A DNA stretch of 60,676 nt, the filler included, from Platydemus manokwari (taxonomy: Eukaryota), in NCBI GenBank assembly GCA_037951405.1. It is 5 parts of 5 records of this genome, joined end to end, with 100 filler letters (N's around TTAATTAATTAA, not from the genome) between each part and the next. Parts side by side here need not be neighbours in the genome. Positions count along the whole stretch, not along the records: positions 1 to 16,562 come from JBBMOY011163657.1; positions 16,663 to 28,087 come from JBBMOY010684430.1; 3 more parts are not named here. One strand, given 5' to 3'. The stretch's first letter is position 1, and every line of letters starts with the position of its first letter. A model generated the notes under the pieces. That model made no database searches and had not been told where the DNA came from. It was given only the letters and a program-made list of their open reading frames with translations. Positions 12,776 to 25,470 of this stretch are shown here, one piece after another. A program made the translations under genes and the position numbers.

Positions 12776-13829
12776 CAAATCTCATATGAATGATATGGAT
12801 GATACTAATAGAACAAAAAGTACGAATGGTACGAGCACGAAATGTACGAAAAGTAAGAAATTATGTGTGGACATCATCATTACTAGCAAAAGGTAAGATG
12901 ATCAAAATAAATTTCTTAAAAATACACCTTTTAACCATCAATTATGAATATATGAAACTATAATCAGTTTCCTCAATTGAAATTTACTTTTTATAATTCT
13001 CATCAGTGAACATATAATAACTGTTCTGTTTTATTCTCAAAAACAATTTTTATCAAAGTTGCGAAAAACACAAATTAAATCCTAATATATGTGGCTTTCG
13101 TCAGTTTTGACATTTTATCGTGCAGCCTTAAATTGTTTATATAAATATATGCAAAACAAAACAATCAAAAGTTGAATAATCAAAGATAAATATAGAACTA
13201 ATTTAATTTATAATGGGAAACATGGTTAATGTAGTTTGGAACTTATGCTCACCGACATTAGTGAGAAAAGAACGTCAATTGAGATTAAATTCAGAAAGAA
13301 ATCAAACTATATAATAAATAACAATTAATTTAGAAATACATAATCATTTGATTTTTTTAATTTCTAGTATTCCATCGGTAAGTTTTTTATGTTAATTGTG
13401 TGCAATGCAATTTCTATGGCTAAATAGCCGATAGAAGTTTACTTTCATTTGTTTAAGCATTCATTGAATTTATATAATAAAATTGTACCAAACATTTGCT
13501 TTGTATATAAAAATTTATTTTATTTATTTATAATTTTCAATAAATAATTACTCATTAATGGCATTTGAAACACTTAATATATTATTTTTCATGAATTATA
13601 ACATGACCCATTACTCGGTATATTTACATGTAAATCAATATTGACAGATATGTTTGTATGACCAAGTTGGAGAGATGTTTCGTGAGCGTTATTCTGCAAA
13701 ATCATACGTGGAAAATTGTTCAATACGTTTCGAAAATTCGATTCATGATTTTCCTGCACTCAAGATTATTAGAAGGAAATACTTTAAATATTTTACACTT
13801 TCGTAATAATTTTAAATTAATAATCTTAT

Positions 13830-14475
13830 AAATAAAACAACTGAAAAATTAGTTTTAAACCAATTTGATAAAAATAGCTATGTTATAGAAGGAACCATGT
13901 TAGATTGGTTTGTTCAACATGGGATGAAAATAAAACAAATACATAAAAAGTTAAAGTTTAAAAAATCTAAATGGTTGAAACCATCTATAAAATATAATAT
14001 AATGAAAAATAATGAAGCATGAACGAAAGGAGATACTTTTGGAGATTTCTTTTATAAATTTTTAAATAATTCAATTTATGAAAAGACATTAGAAAATATT
14101 CGAAATAGACAAAACATATAAATTGTAACATTACCAGAAAGATTTTGACTATTAGCTTCTAAACCCTCATATGAAAGATCTAAATCATTTAGTAGCGATG
14201 TCGTAGCTTGTCACATGAAACAACTCTCAATATGTTTTAATAAATTTAATTATATTGGTTTTACAGTTTTAGAATATTTTAAATATCTAATGTATAAGTT
14301 TGTGTATGATTGTTTACATGTTTATTGTAAAGGGAGGTATTGAATTCTCTATGATGATTGTGATTCTCTATTTAATGAATTTAAGTTAGATAAGGATGAA
14401 ACATTGAGGACTTAACTAGTAAAATAATAGATTATATCGAAGCTGATATTCTAATCAAATTAAAGGATGAAAACC
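13830..14475 (+). pseudogene. Protein-primed family B DNA polymerase (Polinton/adintovirus type), catalytic-region fragment
   Basis: One frame with four stops: GMKIKQIH..KWLKP..FYKFLNNSIYEKTLENIRNR (motif B, KxxxNSxYGK-like), YIGFTVLEYFKYLMYKF, ILYDDCDSL (degenerate YxDTDS motif C). Confidence 0.92.
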
Positions 14476-14539
14476 AAATTCTGTATTTATACAACTTGAT
14501 TGTATTAAATCAAAATTATATGCATATCTATTGAAAGAT

Positions 14540-14731
14540 GGATGATACGAGTGTAAACCCATAGGTCAATGTAAGTGTGATAATGTCTATTGTATATAAA
14601 ATATAAAATATTGTGGTAAAAATATTTATAAATGTAATTGCGAAATAATAAAACATTGTAAGTGTAAGAATGCAACAAAGTTGATATCCACCGAAGTTGG
14701 TGATTCATGTGAATGTGTAATTTTTTATTAA
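14540..14731 (+). pseudogene. Small cysteine-rich ORF remnant inside the Polinton cluster
   Basis: YECKPIGQCKCDNVYCI*NIKYCGKNIYKCNCEIIKHCKCKNATKLISTEVGDSCECVIFY*; four CxC pairs, one internal stop. Confidence 0.45.
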
Positions 14732-14749
14732 AGATTTAAAAGAATAAAT

Positions 14750-15457
14750 TCATGTTTAGATACAAATATTAAAGAGTTTGATTCTTCCCTAACTCCTCAC
14801 GATACTTTTCTTTAATGGAATTCTTCAATTCTTTTTATGCTCCTCTGCTTTTCGTCGTATTTTATTTTCTAATTTTATATTATTATCCTTAATCTTTAAA
14901 CTTTTTTCACTTAAATCTTTTATAATATCTTTAGTTTTATTAATTTCTTCATCGATTGATATATTATCCTCTAAAGCTTTTAATTGAAAGAAATATAATT
15001 TATCAATACCATATTTAATCGCTTCACAAATTTCCTTATAAATCTTTTTCTTTTCACTACTAAATCCAATATTAAATGATTCTCCAAAAACAGAATTTAT
15101 TGTTGTAAATAAACAAACTCCAGCTCCACAATTTAAACAATTGATGGTAAAATTCCAAAACCTGAAAGAACTGGTAAAATGGTTGATATTATAGTTAAAG
15201 CTCCACCAAATGTTAAAATACTTTAGACTATCAACTTTAGTCCATTTATTTTTTAGCTTATTATAATGACTTTATAATTCTTTTAAAAGTCTTTTTTCAT
15301 TTAAGAAGTTCTCAATTCTAAGTTTATTAATAATTACTTTTAATATATCATTTTTATAAGTTAAATACAATGAAGCATTTATATTATTATTTGGATTATT
15401 TTCGATGAAATCACTGTTAAGAGATGGATAAAGTTTTTGATCATCATTTCCTTCCAT
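14750..15457 (-). pseudogene. Polinton/adintovirus membrane protein remnant (LYP motif, Gly-rich hydrophobic hairpin, helical C-terminus)
   Basis: MEGNDDQKLYPSL..., then past a stop/frameshift SILTFGGALTIISTILPVLSGFGILPS and LKALEDNISIDEEINK. The architecture resembles a recurrent Polinton accessory membrane protein (recalled, not searched). Confidence 0.6.
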
Positions 15458-15594
15458 TTTCTGAAATTAAATATGAAATTTGAATGAAGTTCCTTCAAAT
15501 GATTTTTTAGAGATAAGAATTATACTAACGCTAATGGAATTTTCTTTCAATAGAATTTTTAATAAAGCTTTCAGTATACTTCAGTAGAATTTTT

Positions 15595-16173
15595 TCAATA
15601 ATACAACATATCATGATAATTTTCTCCAAATAATTCTATGATTTCAGTTTTTTCTTTACCAGATATAAGATTATTAATCAGTATAGATTCCAAGAGATTA
15701 CTCCTTGATAGTCTATTAGGAAATATATTACCAATAAATAAATTATTTTTATATGGTTTATCAAATTCTTTAAGTAATTTACCATTTAAGTAAATACAAT
15801 ATTTTCCATTTTCTGATTTTTTATTAAATTCATAAATTAATAATCTAGGTTTTTTAGTCATTACATCCCATTTCTTTCGCAAATAAGGAAAAGAACATTT
15901 ATCAACACAAATATACTCTGTTCCATAATTATTATCCAAGAATACAGTTCCATCTATTGTTCCAATACAACTTCCTCTTCCACTAACATACTGAATAAGA
16001 AAGATAAAACTCAAGCTCAGATTATTTCCCACCAAACTCTTCTTAGGAAATTTAGATTTATAAGCAAACATGTTACCAAAACCAATATTATTCTTTTTAT
16101 TATTATAATATTCCTTAAAACTATACCATGAAAATAAATCGTGTTTCTCAGCCACTTTTATATATTTATCCAA
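15595..16173 (-). CDS. Intact 192-aa ORF, probable LamG/concanavalin-like beta-sandwich (candidate viral fibre/receptor-binding head)
   Basis: From the ORF track. C-terminal pattern CIYLNGKLL...LFIG...LESILINNLISGKEKTEII resembles LamG-type domains. It lies directly downstream of a coiled-coil ORF within the Polinton cluster. Confidence 0.5.
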   Translation of the reverse strand: MDKYIKVAEKHDLFSWYSFKEYYNNKKNNIGFGNMFAYKSKFPKKSLVGNNLSLSFIFLIQYVSGRGSCIGTIDGTVFLDNNYGTEYICVDKCSFPYLRKKWDVMTKKPRLLIYEFNKKSENGKYCIYLNGKLLKEFDKPYKNNLFIGNIFPNRLSRSNLLESILINNLISGKEKTEIIELFGENYHDMLYY

Positions 16174-16253
16174 ATTTTTTGGCAGTTAAAATTAGATTTT
16201 GACCTCTCAAAAATCTACTAGGATTTACACATTTTGATTCCAGTATTTTATTT

Positions 16254-16560
16254 TCATATTTTTTGTCTATCATCCTTCTCATTAATTGGTTCTCTTAGAT
16301 CATTAATAGCTTCTTTTAATTTTTTAACATCATTAGTATTTTTAAAGAGATTATTCCACTTTTTTTCTAATTCTCCTCCAGATTGAAGAACTAATTTTTT
16401 CTTCATTATTTCTATAGATTCTATTTCTGTTTTTCCTTCTATGAATTTCAAACTTTTAAATTTTTCCGAGATTAATTTTATTTCCTTTTCATTTATTTTT
16501 TTATTATCATTTACCAATGTAATTAACGATTTACATAAAGAGTCAAGTTTATTAATACTC
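16254..16560 (-). pseudogene. Lys/Glu-rich coiled-coil ORF fragment (Polinton-associated), runs into assembly gap
   Basis: ORF 16254-16517 has heptad-like K/E/I/L content. Same strand as, and directly upstream of, the LamG-like ORF. Confidence 0.4.
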
Positions 16561-16899
16561 TGNNNNNNNNNNNNNNNNNNNNNNNNNNNNNNNNNNNNNN
16601 NNNNNNTTAATTAATTAANNNNNNNNNNNNNNNNNNNNNNNNNNNNNNNNNNNNNNNNNNNNAAGTAGGTCAAAGGACCCCCTTTCTTAACTTAAACCAA
16701 TAATTTTTTAAAATTTATCACAATTTTATGAGATAAAATTTTACTAAATTGAAACAAAAGTATATCATGATGTATTTAGAATTTTCCTAGAACTTTTGTC
16801 TTTTATATTTTCCAATTTTTAAATTATTGGTTTTTTATTATTTCTGTCATTGATAAAGATACAAAACAAAATAAAGAGAACATCATTTGATTTAAATTA

Positions 16900-18480
16900 G
16901 GTTTTCATCATTATTTATAAGCAAGATAGTTTAATAATGCTGACCAAAACTTTTATTTGGAAAGAATTAATAATTTACATTGTTCAAACTCTAAAGAAAT
17001 AAACGTACCAAAAGAAATACTCTCAATTTTTTGCACGAATGAAAATATTAAGCAACGACTAGACGATAAGGATTTATTAAACACAAAGATCAGGGATTAT
17101 TGACATTTATTTACGAACAAAAGCAATTCAATATTAAAAATGTACCAGTTATCTTCGTTCCAAAAATTTAAGTTGAATTAGATTGATCAAAATATAATCA
17201 CGGATATCAGACTAAGTATTCAATACATTTTTTATATTTAGACAACAAAATAAGAATTACATCCACTAAATAACAAATTTCATTTTATATAGAGTAAGAA
17301 GTAAAAACAAGAAATTTGGAATCCTTTATTAACTTTTTTCAACTTTAATAATTCCAAAACATTTACCAGAAAATAGACATGCCAATCATCCAATGAAAAG
17401 TAAAAAAACAAACAAATATTTATTTGGATCAAATTTTAAGAACTACGCATGCATACAGGTTTCATTTTAACCAATGAAATCGAATCTATCAATTCAAATT
17501 ACCCACAATGGATGAGGAGACATAAAAGTGCAGTTTTAGTCAGTATTTGAGAGACTTTTGTCCTGATTAATTCTAAGATACACATTTTGTACTGCTATTA
17601 CAAAATAATTTAATAATGAACATTAGCTGTTTTTATTCCGGTATAATTATTCACTGTAAGCATCGAACATTTGCATTTCACCGCCATTGGGCGATCATTT
17701 GGTAAGAAGCTGCAAGTTTCTTGTTTTAGTTCAGTTATACACGACTTTAAATCAATTGTGTTCTAGCTAAACTTTATTGATTTTTAAATTCTTGTTTATT
17801 GACTCTGTCAATTATTTGTTGACTACATTCTGCAAATTCAAACCGCGTGTAAGCGACAGTCCTCAATAAACAACAAATTCTCGAAAACAATTATTAAAGA
17901 ATTTTTAAATTGATTTAACTATAGGTAGATATTAATGAAATTATTGACAAGTATCAATCAATAACAATGTTGAGTAGAGATGAACTCTATGCACCTTGAA
18001 ACCTTTATTTTAGCACTTTAAACATTTACATAGCTACACAATCATACAGGCATATCAACCAACCAATCACAGCTGACTTAAATGAAAATTATAATTCGAA
18101 AAAGGTACATAGCCACACAGTAATACATGCATAGGGATTAATCAATCCCAAGTGCACAAAATCAATAAATCAAATAGAAATTTTAGAAATAATAGATCAA
18201 ACCAAAACTTACTAGAAACATGATTCAAAAATTACACAAAAATCTCAAGTATAAATATTGATGTAAATATACCCAACTGCCAGTTAGGTCAAGTGTGATT
18301 TCGTTGTTATTTTTGATTATGAAATGCTTTGTTGAGTTTAGTCATTTTTGGTACGTACTGATTAGTAGGTTGTTGAGAAATACAGATTGCAACCTTCAAT
18401 TCTTTTGGAACCCTACAACATCAATAATTATTGAGATCTATGCAATAATATTTATGCAGAATTTGTACTCTTTGTAGGCA
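16900..18480 (+). mobile_element. Highly decayed Penelope-like retroelement (RT C-terminal region and 3' end)
   Basis: Fragments NVPKEIL (~17002), HANHPMKSKK (~17378) and NEIESINSNYPQW (~17473) match the PLE RT thumb pattern S/NxHPxxxK...NxYP. 17950-18295 is clearly homologous to the reverse complement of 57085-57430. Confidence 0.55.
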
Positions 18481-20079
18481 GCGCGGTTACTATAAAGTTC
18501 ATCATGCGCAATAATGAACGATAAAAGATGGAAACATAAATAGCCATTTTATTAAAATAAAATTCCAAAACTAAAACGTTAAACAGATAATTTTGACAAT
18601 CTCATCTTTGAAATTATAAATTTATGTAATTAAATATTTCAGAATTGATCAAGTTATAATAAATAATTAATTAAAAAGGCCACAACTATAATGTTTATTT
18701 TATACCACAAAATATGGCAATTATAATACCTTATAAATTAAATATTATATTGATTTTACCTTGCTCTTTCCTTAATGTATTTCTTAATTGAATTGATCAT
18801 TTGAAATTAATCAGGAAATTTTATTAAATTTACATGATTTATCATTTATCATCGTTATAAATCAAATAAACATACGAAATTTAATTTGTTGTCTGAAATT
18901 TTAAAATTCTCAGAAGTATGTTTATTTTTAAAATGAAAATTATGATCTGGATATACATTAATAAAGGACTAATGTTAAGAAAAGTTAAGAATTACATCTT
19001 CGTTCAAATTTTTATTCAAGCTCTCACGGGGATTTTAAATTAGTTGACCTCATTGAATAGTGCTTTATGTCTTTAATATGTAAAGAATATTAATTTGAAT
19101 TCCTTTGTTATTTGGTGACTCAGAGTTTAGATTTGTCTTTTAATTATGTAGTTGCACCTTTATCAAAAAATCATATTATTATATTCTAAATTTCAAAGTT
19201 GATTTTATTCAACAAACAACGATGGATAAATACACTTTCACAAATGTTCAATATAATTCTATCCGGATGAGTTTTAATTGCGAATTTAAAATTCTTTTAA
19301 TCAAGAAACATTGAAAATAATGATTTTTTAACGCACGTGAATCCATAAAAATGGTACTGATCCAATTAATTTACAAATCACCGAATTTCCCAAATTTAAA
19401 ACACTAAACTCAAACAAAACTAAAATATCCAATAAAAATATTCAACATAAAATTTTATCGTGAATGAAATGGTTTGGAGATTTAATAATAATAATAGTAA
19501 ATTAAAATTTGCCAACTTTGAATCCATCATTCTTAGTTTGGCATTGCGAATACAATGTTTCACTAACTAAATACATACCATTTGTGGCTCTTCTTTCCAA
19601 TATTAAGGTTCGAAATTCTACTCACATAAATTAGTCATCGGAATCTAGAACTACAGATTATTTTTATCAGACGTATTCAAGAACTTCTATGTCTATTGAT
19701 TCTTTATATCAATGAAACTCACTAGACAAACTCGTTAAGAGCCAGAAGTTAATTTTATATTCACAATAAACCTTATCGAGATTTTTCAAGAAATGTGATT
19801 CATTTTTTGTAACAATATTTTATGTTAAATACTAAATCTAAATATTCAATATTGTAATTTCAATATAACAGTTTGTACACTTCAATTAATGTCATCAGAA
19901 AGTTCATAAAAACAACAGGAATTACCGACCATAAAGGACTGGCCATCGGAATAATCACACAAAGAATTACAATAGATACAGATTTTACCGCACTTAAAAG
20001 ACAGACTTAACTCTTTCTACATAATAGTCGTGAGTGTTGATCTCGTGTCTTTCATGTTTACTTTTCATTTAAAAAAAAC

Positions 20080-20300
20080 CGTCTGAATACTTGTATATTG
20101 ACAGATTTTCTTTAATCTTCCATGTCATTGGTGTATCTCGATGTTCGATGGCTGTTCATGATGTGTCCAAATTGACAATGGAATTATATTTTTGAGTTGA
20201 TGTTTTGAAGGCATCTGATTGGTGGTCTCATCGCGACTGTGCGTATCGATTCTTTGAAACTTATTTCATGGTCTCAGTAGATATCATCATTGTTTTTGTT
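20080..20300 (-). mobile_element. Possible decayed GIY-YIG endonuclease tail of a Penelope-like element
   Basis: Minus-strand fragments SFKESIR and TPMTWKIKENLSIY resemble FKxR..H and IxWKIL..Y of PLE endonucleases. Heavily degraded. Confidence 0.25.
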
Positions 20301-23300
20301 GCATACTTCTCAAAAATAATCTAATCTATAATTAAGACGACTAGATGTTTCACTTCTAAAGCTTTATTTCCAAATATTTTTACGGCATCTTTCACATGGC
20401 ATCTTTAAGGCATATTTCGATTATTTATATTTCCAACTTATTTCATTTTACTGAAGAAATCTAAAATTCTAGGTTCTTGTAAGAGTTACATTTTAATCAT
20501 CTGGGTCATATTGAGTCTAATTTTCATCTTGAATATAGAGAATTCTTCAACATGACTGATAATAAAAACATAAACTGATAATAGTTCTAAATTTCATTGG
20601 CTAGGTATAGTTCTTAGTTGTGTAATGAATAATTCCAGATTTATGCGATAAATTCATGCATGTTGATATCGACATTTTTCATTCGATTTATTAGTGAAAT
20701 TTCTTATCGGCTCTGAATTCTATCAATATTACAACTTGACCGAACTTCTAAATAAATAACAATTTGAATTGCATTAAGAAGAAATTATATGACTAATACA
20801 TTTAATTAATACCGTAATTTGATAAATTATTATTAAAATGTAATGATAATTGATATGTTTTATTTTCTAATTAATCTATCAAGTTTTTACTCGAAAACTA
20901 GTGGTCAGAATCGGTACCATTAAATTACTACAATCAGTATTATATAGAAATTTGTCCAGGCTCTGATTCCACATTCTTCTTTTAAACAACGTAAGGACTA
21001 TATCTTAAGAATGAGTGATAATGTTCACATACAACAGATAAACGTTTTAATGATATTAATCTGTAATAATATCATTTCCTCAAACAAATCAAAGATAAAA
21101 AACGAATAGACAAAATTACATTAAGTAGGTTACACACGACCGTAATTAAAGGATACACGTATTGTATAGAGAAATTTGCTAAGAAATTATTTTCAATTAG
21201 TGAAGTGAAGTGAAAATTTCATAACACATTTACGAAAAATACAATTTTAATATAAATTATTACAGGAATTCAATCTCTAAATATTATCTCAAATTAAATT
21301 ATGTCATCACACTTTTAGATGCTGAGTTTATTCATTATGGAAAGTGCATTAATAGTTAAAATTTCAAATAATCGTTTCTTAAAATTTTTCATTATTCAAT
21401 AACTGTATTTCATTGAAATCGATAATTCCTTCAACTCTTTTGAGAATAATCTCTAATAGAATAATGCATCAGAAAATAATTTATTAAATTTTATTACAAA
21501 TAATTTTCTGTGAAAAATTGCTTGAAAATGAAAATTACTCAATATCATTTAAGTGATTTCGAAACTTGAATTACAGAGAAATGAAAGTAAACGTATCATG
21601 AAATACCAGGAACAAATTAAAAAAATAATTATTAATATGAACTTTTGCTATATTTGAAATGATGTATTGGTTTTAATAAATGCAAGTTGAATGTTTTATT
21701 TATGATTATTCGGATTTCTTTAAGCTATATAGTTAATCATAAATTTAATTTTATAAGCAATTAATGCGTTTTAATTTTTCGTCAGAACAGGAAATTTCCA
21801 TAGGTCCCTTTCAGTGATTGATTTATTAAAGTAATTTGGCAATTTTTATATTTCCCTTCAAAATTGCGTTCTCTTCTGATCTGAATTTAGGTATTTCGAT
21901 AGTCGAATCACTGATTTATTGATTCCCTTTAGAATGTGTTTTTAATAATTATTTATGTGACTTCAGTTCCTTTCTCTCTTTTTATTGTTTATTTCCCGTG
22001 AAACTTTTGAATTCATTATTAAAAAAATTTAATAATTTAATACCATGTATATGTTTAGTTAAATCGTGAACTGATATTTTCAAGGCCAAATTCTGGAAAG
22101 TTAAAACTAAGTTGTTCAAAACTTCATTAAAATAGGTAGTTATTAAAATGGTTTGAATAAAAGTACCTTTAGTCCTCAATGACTAAAATAGATATGTTAT
22201 TCTAAAAAATCTCTATAACATATTTCAAAGTAATTTTTATTTTAACATTATAATGTTTTTAAATAACAAAAATTTTTCAAATACCATGTAACTTTTACAT
22301 AAAAATTTAAAATGAATTTCAATTTTAAACCAAAGTTAGATATCTAATATATTTGTGAAAAACTTTTTATAAAACAAAATTATAGTATGATTAACTATAT
22401 AAGTATAAAAATAGAAAATTATATCATATGTTTAGAAATTATTTACAAAGATGTGTTGGTTATTTCATAAAGCATTTGAAATGTTTTTAGAATATGTTTA
22501 ATTCCTATTGTTTTAAAAATTGGAAATTTTTATTTGAGGCAATTTTATCAGAGATCCAGTGCAATACTGTGGTTAAGTTTGAGACGTCTTGTAGCCTGTA
22601 TTTGACTAGATCATATATTAGATGTTTGATCATGAAAGTTCTGAATTCCTGATCCGGACTTGTCAGGAATCTGAATGGCAGGCGATGCTTATAGATAACT
22701 TAAATGAAAATAAGGTCCTGTAATATATTTTCCAGGTTTACTAGGGATTAGATTATGTTGTACCGAAGATGCATACACTCAGATGAAGTGAAAGATTACG
22801 GATTCATACATTGTAAACCATTGAGATAATTCATTCTATCTATATATAATATTGCAAAATATTGGAATTAGAGTTAATGAATGTGTTGTTGTCATTTTCA
22901 ACAACAAATTGAGGTATCCACTTTCAAAGAAAAATTGGGATTGCTCTATGTTAAAATCTCTTCTAGCAAGGTAATGAATCTTCAAGGACTAGATCATGTA
23001 TGTAAAGTTGAAGAAGATAGATTACACTTCGGGTGGTCAACTGCTTAGTTGATTCAAGCATCTTAATACCTAACAAGAAGTAATAAAGTATTAAGTATTC
23101 TTAGATAGGGGTAAGTAATATCTTTTTCACTGCAAGCATTTGAAATCAAACCCTGCGGATAATAAGGAATACCTATAATGAACGTTCCACGAACTAATCT
23201 GAAATCGATAAATAATATTCAACCTGGAATGAAACAGTGGAAATATACATCAACATCATTTATTAACTCATTATTTTACAATAAAATGTTAATAGAAAGT

Positions 23301-24759
23301 TTTTGTTATTATTAATTGGTATATGCGACAGATTTCTTAACTTTTTAAATGCTACCGTCCACTAATCGATAATTATATATAATCATCTAATTAACTTTCG
23401 TGATGTCTATTTAGTTAGTGTTGGGTAGAATATTTATTATGTAAATCGTTCTTAATTCTTAGATATTTTATTAGTTAATATAATTCACCTAACCATTATT
23501 TTATGTGCTAATTTTTCATTTTAAAATATTTCAAAAATATAACCTTTAAATTAATAATGTAATGCATCCCATAAGTTATGAATGATAATATATCACTTTA
23601 TTCAATTTTGAAATCACTAATTTATTTTTCTTCGGATCTTCATTTGCTTCGTTCGAATTCTTCTTCAAATTACACGCAACAACTAGTGTTAAATGCAGTA
23701 ATAATAGTTTGTTAAAAGCAGGAAACAACAAGTACCGAATTTCAAATGAGGTTGATTTTTCAAATATTAATCTTATTCTATTTAATGTGCCTAAATTTTT
23801 GAGTGATGAAAATTCTGAAATTTTTTCTTATTGTTTTACAAATATTTACAAGTAACTATTTGATTCTATAATTTGTAAGGTTTTAATGAATTCTTGAAAA
23901 ATTAGAGCTTGAAAAAAATTACCCTTATTTGCATAGCATCTTCAATTTAATCGGTATTGTTTTTATCACAACTAAAGTATGTATTTTATTAAAAATAAGT
24001 GTTATAACAAACATTACTTTTCCCTTATATAATGAAAATAAAATCCTTTTCAGGTAAAAATTGGTTCAAGAAAAAAGTAGACCCAATAAATTTATGTATA
24101 ATTTGAACTCGAGTAAACAATTGTCTATACTAAGCACGAAAACAAGCACTTGAAACGATAGGCTCCAAAGGAGACACAAACAATCAAAATCAGAATTGAA
24201 TATAAAAGATTTATTTACCCTTGAGAATTTATTGTTAAGATTTGACTAATAATTTTTAGGATAATAGAATCTTTACTAAACATTTACCGACGCTGAAACA
24301 TTCAAAAAAGTTAGTTAAAATAATTTTGAAATAATTCAGAAAAATAATTCTTGAATTTTTAAAGTTAAGTTGATACTCAAGAATTTTAAATTAAATAGCT
24401 GAAAATTAAAAACTTGATTTATAAGTAGATGTGTTCTCAAACGCATTGGAACAATGAAGAAACTGAGCCAAATAACCAGTTAATAAGAATTCTTAATAAA
24501 GAGGGGCATAGAATGTGACAAGATTTAGGAAACTTTTTAATGAAGATATTAGTTTAATATTCATGTGATCATTTTGTGAGGATTTTGAAGATTTTTTCAA
24601 AAAAATAAGTACTTTAATAAATATACTTCTGTGAGTTGATGTTCTTAATTATTTTTCAATCGTATTTAAGGTAATAGTAGCAGCTAACACATTTCAAAGA
24701 CAAATAGGAAAGCAAATAATTGTAATTGATAAACATTCATAGAAAAAGTTATGGGTCTG

Positions 24760-25470
24760 AGACTATCAAAGGATATTACATCTTATCGTTTCCTCTGAAG
24801 TATTTATGGCAGTACTTGCAACTTATTAAACCCATAAGATTCCTTGAGGTGTCATGTTATTGATAAGTAAGGAAAAAGAGATATTTTGATTCTTTTAGAA
24901 CTATAGATCTGAAAAGATGCGTAAACCAAGAAAATCAAACGAATTAGTTAATATAAAATTTTATAATATAAAATTTTCGTACACCATTAGATCTTGTATT
25001 TAAAGAATAACATTGCGTGTAAGATGTCTTTCATCAACTGATAATCGATGATCACCTATTTTAGGATATATATATAGTGCTATTCATAAGTTGCCGTCTC
25101 TAAAACTAAAATAAAAAAGAATATTTAAAAAGGTTTTATTTTTTCTTTCTTGAGATATATGTGAACAGAATATTGTGAAGTCATACGATTTTGCAGTTTC
25201 TCATTGATTTGTGCCATCATTTTCATTTACAAATTTTACCACATTTTCCTTCAAGATTTCATTAGACGGTCTTCTTTATCGCAACCTAGTGGATAAGTTT
25301 CCAGTTTCTTCAAACGGTGATGCACGATTGAAATGTTGTTAAAATTCTTGTCAATATTTGGCACTACTCTGGTACATTATTGCATGGCTAATTATAAATA
25401 CTCTGTCCACAAGCGAAAATTGACATCACCAGCTTCTTTGGCCATATTGTAAAAACGCAACTGATTAATA
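24760..25470 (-). mobile_element. Possible Tc1/mariner-like transposase remnant
   Basis: Minus strand RRPSNEILKENVVKFVNENDGTNQ*ETAKSY...HIYLKKEKIKP resembles the GRP linker plus second HTH of Tc1/mariner transposases. The catalytic domain is not recognisable. Confidence 0.35.

Noticed and set aside
12375-12780. Plus-strand reading looks like leucine-rich repeats (FDNLKYIPNLLYLEIL...)
   Set aside because: It has six stops, whereas the minus frame has one stop and a recognisable Trp-repeat consensus. The LRR look is an antisense shadow.
16563-16662. TTAATTAATTAA palindrome inside N runs (also ~28132, ~40769, ~50877)
   Set aside because: Identical in all four gaps: an artificial all-frame-stop spacer from the assembly, not biology.
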